A stretch of DNA of 64,000 bases from Acidimicrobiales bacterium (GTDB lineage: Bacteria > Actinomycetota > Acidimicrobiia > Acidimicrobiales > Bog-793), in assembly GCA_049510975.1 (NCBI GenBank), contig JBEKYM010000007.1, forward strand, positions 83,410 through 147,409, in the 5' to 3' direction. The notes under the pieces are model-generated. The model was given only the letters and a program-made list of their open reading frames with translations, had not been told where the DNA came from and ran no database searches. The translations under genes were made by a program, and so were the position numbers. Shown in pieces: positions 63,477 to 64,000 of the stretch; within the stretch, counting starts at the first letter, position 1, and the number at the start of each line of letters is the position of its first letter.

Positions 63477-64000
63477 ATGGCGCACCAGTTTTGGCCGCTG
63501 TTCGACCTCGTCGTCCGCACACCTCGCCTGGAGCTGCGAGCGCCCACCGACGACATGTTCGTCGAGCTCGCGAACGCCGCCGGCCCGGAGATGTTCCCGG
63601 ACGGGGAGAACTACTTCATGTTGGACTGGCTCTCGGAGCCGGAGCCGGTTCGCCAGCAGCACTCCATGCAGTGGTGGTGGCGCCAACGGGCCAACTTCTC
63701 ACCCGACGACTGGCATCTCGACCTGGCCGTCATCGTGGAGGGCCGGCCGGTAGGCAGCCAGGGCGTCGGCGCCCGAGCGTTTCCCCGCCGCCGCTCCGTG
63801 TCGACGGGTTCGTGGTTGGCGGCTCCCATGCAAGGCAAGGGTCTCGGCACCGAGATGAGGGCAGCCGTGCTCCATCTCGCCTTCGCCGGTCTCGGGGCCG
63901 AGGAGGCGCTCAGCGAGGCCTTCGAAGGCAACGTGCGCTCGATGGCCGTCTCACGCGCGGTCGGCTACGAGGACAACGGCGAGGAGATCGGCCTGCGCGC
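63477..64000 (+). CDS. GNAT-family N-acetyltransferase, truncated by window end
   Basis: My own translation from ATG 63477 gives MAHQFWPLFDLVVRTPRLELRAPTDDMFVELANA...VGSQGVGARAF...WLAAPMQGKGLGTEMRAAVLHLAF...NVRSMAVSRAVGYEDNGE, a RimJ/L-type GNAT pattern. It is not in the ORF track because there is no stop codon inside the window. Confidence 0.7.
   Translation, partial: MAHQFWPLFDLVVRTPRLELRAPTDDMFVELANAAGPEMFPDGENYFMLDWLSEPEPVRQQHSMQWWWRQRANFSPDDWHLDLAVIVEGRPVGSQGVGARAFPRRRSVSTGSWLAAPMQGKGLGTEMRAAVLHLAFAGLGAEEALSEAFEGNVRSMAVSRAVGYEDNGEEIGLR

Noticed and set aside
63227-63556. Minus-strand ORFs encoding PAGTPVV/SSRLARQ repeat peptides.
   Set aside because: The periodic peptide is just the translation of the tandem DNA repeat. 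The ORF overlaps the end of the LLM gene and the start of the GNAT gene and has no start context.

Overview
This is a densely coding, high-GC (about 70%) chromosomal window of actinobacterial type. The taxonomic call rests on an Rpf domain protein, an InhA-like FabI, F420/LLM oxidoreductases, TreXYZ and a Pro/Gly-rich IF-2. I found no rRNA, CRISPR array, transposase or integrase.

Gene order:
(1) ribF'-truB-rbfA-infB-ylxR-nusA-rimP on the minus strand (1-7158).
(2) An ECF sigma factor and a membrane-anchored Ser/Thr/Pro-rich protein (7351-9365, minus). These lie divergent to a complete Gram-positive-type Tad/Flp pilus locus: cpaB-like, tadZ-like, tadA, tadB, tadC, flp, two tadE-like genes and one tadG-like gene. 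The locus ends in a membrane-anchored SARP/BTAD regulator (9577-18311, plus).
(3) fabI/inhA-like, NTF2-like and DUF1906-like genes.
(4) A cobalamin-riboswitch-controlled, translationally coupled operon: cobU-cobS-cbiB-(cobC/D::cobQ in-frame fusion)-cobN-chlI/D chelatase (31447 down to 20746, minus).
(5) A lipoprotein, mmcQ-like gene, tRNA-Cys(GCA), and a TetR/MFS divergent pair with twin palindromic operators.
(6) An amidohydrolase, then a lower-GC MBL-fold gene.
(7) treZ-glgX-treY.
(8) glnD, an L,D-transpeptidase lipoprotein, aldose epimerase, surE, and an Rpf protein behind a 630-nt low-GC leader.
(9) An FAD amine oxidase and a stand-alone PheS-like ligase with a C-terminal FDX-ACB domain (the architecture of monomeric mitochondrial PheRS).
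(10) Three LLM oxidoreductases around a YfhO-like membrane protein, a 21-bp tandem repeat, and a truncated GNAT gene.

The candidates I rate most worth follow-up are:
- the orphan PheS-like ligase;
- the Tad locus bracketed by an ECF sigma (with no canonical start codon before its region 2) and a membrane-tethered SARP carrying an unassigned central domain;
- the lower-GC MBL-fold gene;
- the motif-dense rpf leader.

All calls come from reading the translations and DNA by eye. No database search was run.
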